A stretch of DNA of 64,000 nucleotides from an uncultured Actinomycetota bacterium. GTDB lineage: Bacteria > Actinomycetota > Actinomycetes > JAHEKZ01. Position 1 is the first letter of the stretch; every line of letters begins with the position of its first letter. A model generated the notes under the pieces. That model did not search any database and was not told the origin of the DNA. It saw only the letters and a list, made by a program, of their open reading frames with translations. A program made the translations under genes and the position numbers. Location of the stretch: positions 160,001 through 224,000 of the forward strand of contig CAVQYR010000002.1 of assembly GCA_963718235.1 (NCBI GenBank), read 5' to 3'. Shown piece after piece: positions 62,371 through 64,000 of this stretch.

Positions 62371-62444
62371 GGGGCTGTGGCGCAGTCCGGTAGCGCACCT
62401 CGTTCGCAACGAGGGGGTCAGGGGTTCAAATCCCCTCAGCTCCA
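62371..62444 (+). tRNA. tRNA-Ala(CGC)
   Basis: GGGGCTGTGGCGCAG..CCTCG TTCGCAA CGAGG..GGTTCAAATCC..CAGCTCCA. Confidence 0.95.
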
Positions 62445-62480
62445 CCCAATGACGACCGCTCCAGCGGCCACGGTCCAGCG

Positions 62481-64000
62481 TCAGCGTCGGCGACGGTCGA
62501 GCCTGGCCAGCGAGGCGTTGTACTCCGCCAGCTCTGCATCACCGTCACGGTCGGCCTGCCGGTCGCTGCGCCGGGCGGTCCGGTCGTCGTCGCGCGACCA
62601 CTGGACCAACAGGGCCACCATGGCGATGATCATGGGCACCTCGCCGAACCCCCAGGCGAACGCCGAGCCGGAGGACTGGTCGGCCAGCTGGTCGATCCCG
62701 TACGGGTTGCCCAGGGCGTCGTAGTACGACGATGCGAGGACGCTGGTCGAGCTCATCAGGGCGATCGCGAAGAATGCGTGGAACGGCAGCGAGACGAACA
62801 GCACGATGAGTCTCATCGGGTACGGAGCCCGGTTGGGCAGCGGGTCGACGCCGATCAGCGACTCATAGAACAAGAAGCCCACGAGCACGAAGTGGACATG
62901 CATCGCGAGGTGCGCCCAGTGGTGCTGCATGGCGTAGCCGAACAGCGGCCCGAAGTAGACCATGTACGGAGCGGTGACGAACAGGACGAGCGCGACGACG
63001 GGGTTCGTGAGGACCCGGGCGACCCGGCTGTGCAGGACGGCGAGCAGCCACTCCCGAGCACCGGCCGGCTGGTCACGTCCGGAAACCGGCAGCGCGCGCA
63101 ACGCCAGGCCGATCGGTGCGCCGAGCACGAGCAGGATCGGGCCGACCATGCCGATCAGCATGTGTTGGGTCATGTGCACGCTGAAGAGCAGCCGGCCGTA
63201 GGTCGACAGCCCGGAGAGCGTGGCGACGGCCATGACGCCGATCCCGCACGACCAGGCGATGGTTCGGCCGACCGGCCAGGCGTCACCGCGCCGGCGCAGG
63301 GTCAGCACCCCACGCGCGTAGAGGAGGGCCATCAGCAACAGGGTCAGGGCGACCAGGGTGTCGATCCGCCACGCTGTCATGAGGCGGAGCAGGTCCGGAG
63401 CCGGCGGGATGTCGTACCCCAGTGTGTCCGTGGCGAGCGTGGGTGGCCGCGGGTTCGGGCTTGCGGGGGTCGGCGTCTGCGAGAGGGCTGCGGCCACCCC
63501 GACCACCGCAACCATGACCAGGGCCTCGACCCCGGCGAACGCGCGGAACGCCCCCGGTTCGCGGCGCTCCAGCGCGGGGAGCGTACGCCGACGGTGCCAC
63601 CAGCCGAAGGCACCGAGCACCGCGAACAGCAGCACCTTCAGCAGCACGAGCCGGCCGTAGCCGGATCCCCACAGGTCCGACCACCGTGGCAGGCGGACGA
63701 CGGCGTTGGCCGCACCGCTGGCGCCGACCGCGACGAAGGCACCCAGGGCGAGGGGGCTGTACCGGCGTGCCGCGGTGGCCAGGAAACGCCCGTCGGTCCG
63801 GGCGTACCAGACCAGGGCCAGCAGCCCGCCCACCCACACGACGACGCCGAGCACGTGCACCACGAGCGAGGAGATGGCGAGGTCGTGGTCCCCGGCGGCG
63901 GCTGCGTGCCCGGCCAGGGCGGGGGGAACGACGGCGCAGCCGGCCGCCACCAGCGCGACCCAGGCTCCGGACGGCCGCTCGGCCTCCCGGGCGGCCAACG
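62481..64000 (-). CDS. CopD + cytochrome c oxidase assembly factor (Caa3_CtaG) fusion, 5'-partial
   Basis: GHAAA, HV....WVGGL, YG..L.K; FSVHMTQHM, PFHAFF, DQ..G...W..GE.P. Confidence 0.9.
   Translation of the reverse strand, partial: LAAREAERPSGAWVALVAAGCAVVPPALAGHAAAAGDHDLAISSLVVHVLGVVVWVGGLLALVWYARTDGRFLATAARRYSPLALGAFVAVGASGAANAVVRLPRWSDLWGSGYGRLVLLKVLLFAVLGAFGWWHRRRTLPALERREPGAFRAFAGVEALVMVAVVGVAAALSQTPTPASPNPRPPTLATDTLGYDIPPAPDLLRLMTAWRIDTLVALTLLLMALLYARGVLTLRRRGDAWPVGRTIAWSCGIGVMAVATLSGLSTYGRLLFSVHMTQHMLIGMVGPILLVLGAPIGLALRALPVSGRDQPAGAREWLLAVLHSRVARVLTNPVVALVLFVTAPYMVYFGPLFGYAMQHHWAHLAMHVHFVLVGFLFYESLIGVDPLPNRAPYPMRLIVLFVSLPFHAFFAIALMSSTSVLASSYYDALGNPYGIDQLADQSSGSAFAWGFGEVPMIIAMVALLVQWSRDDDRTARRSDRQADRDGDAELAEYNASLARLDRRRR

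Overview
High-GC actinobacterial chromosomal window. From left to right: (1) a rhodanese/TauE operon end running into a class-III aminotransferase and an aldehyde dehydrogenase; (2) a methylamine/betaine-type catabolic cluster (Zn-ADH, non-pyrrolysine MttB-family methyltransferase, FAD oxidoreductase, dimethylglycine-dehydrogenase-like GcvT protein, EamA transporter); (3) secreted/surface proteins (fasciclin, EEP hydrolase, S8 subtilase), a hyper-acidic orphan and an ABC-2 transporter; (4) a ~24 kb accessory region (22.4-46.1 kb) on the 3' side of tRNA-Arg(CCT) that looks like a Wzx/Wzy-type sulfated surface-polysaccharide locus, with three sulfotransferases, GT2, polymerase, flippase, three Wzz-like genes, two convergent CBM96(DNRLRE)+GH26-like paralogs plus a third relic, and a large sulfatase-PKD-FG-GAP protein, ending in IS481 and sigma-factor debris; (5) a phytoene-desaturase-like oxidoreductase, an aminomethyltransferase and a BetI-like TetR; (6) the conserved actinobacterial mscL-SAF-fmdB-(crcB-DUF190-crcB)-5FCL-DGC-galU-moeA-moaC-mog-GNAT-glpR-tRNA-Ala block. 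Many genes in 22-43 kb are broken by small indels, most likely consensus errors. No CRISPR array, integrase or prophage was seen. All family calls are by eye from motifs; no database search was run.
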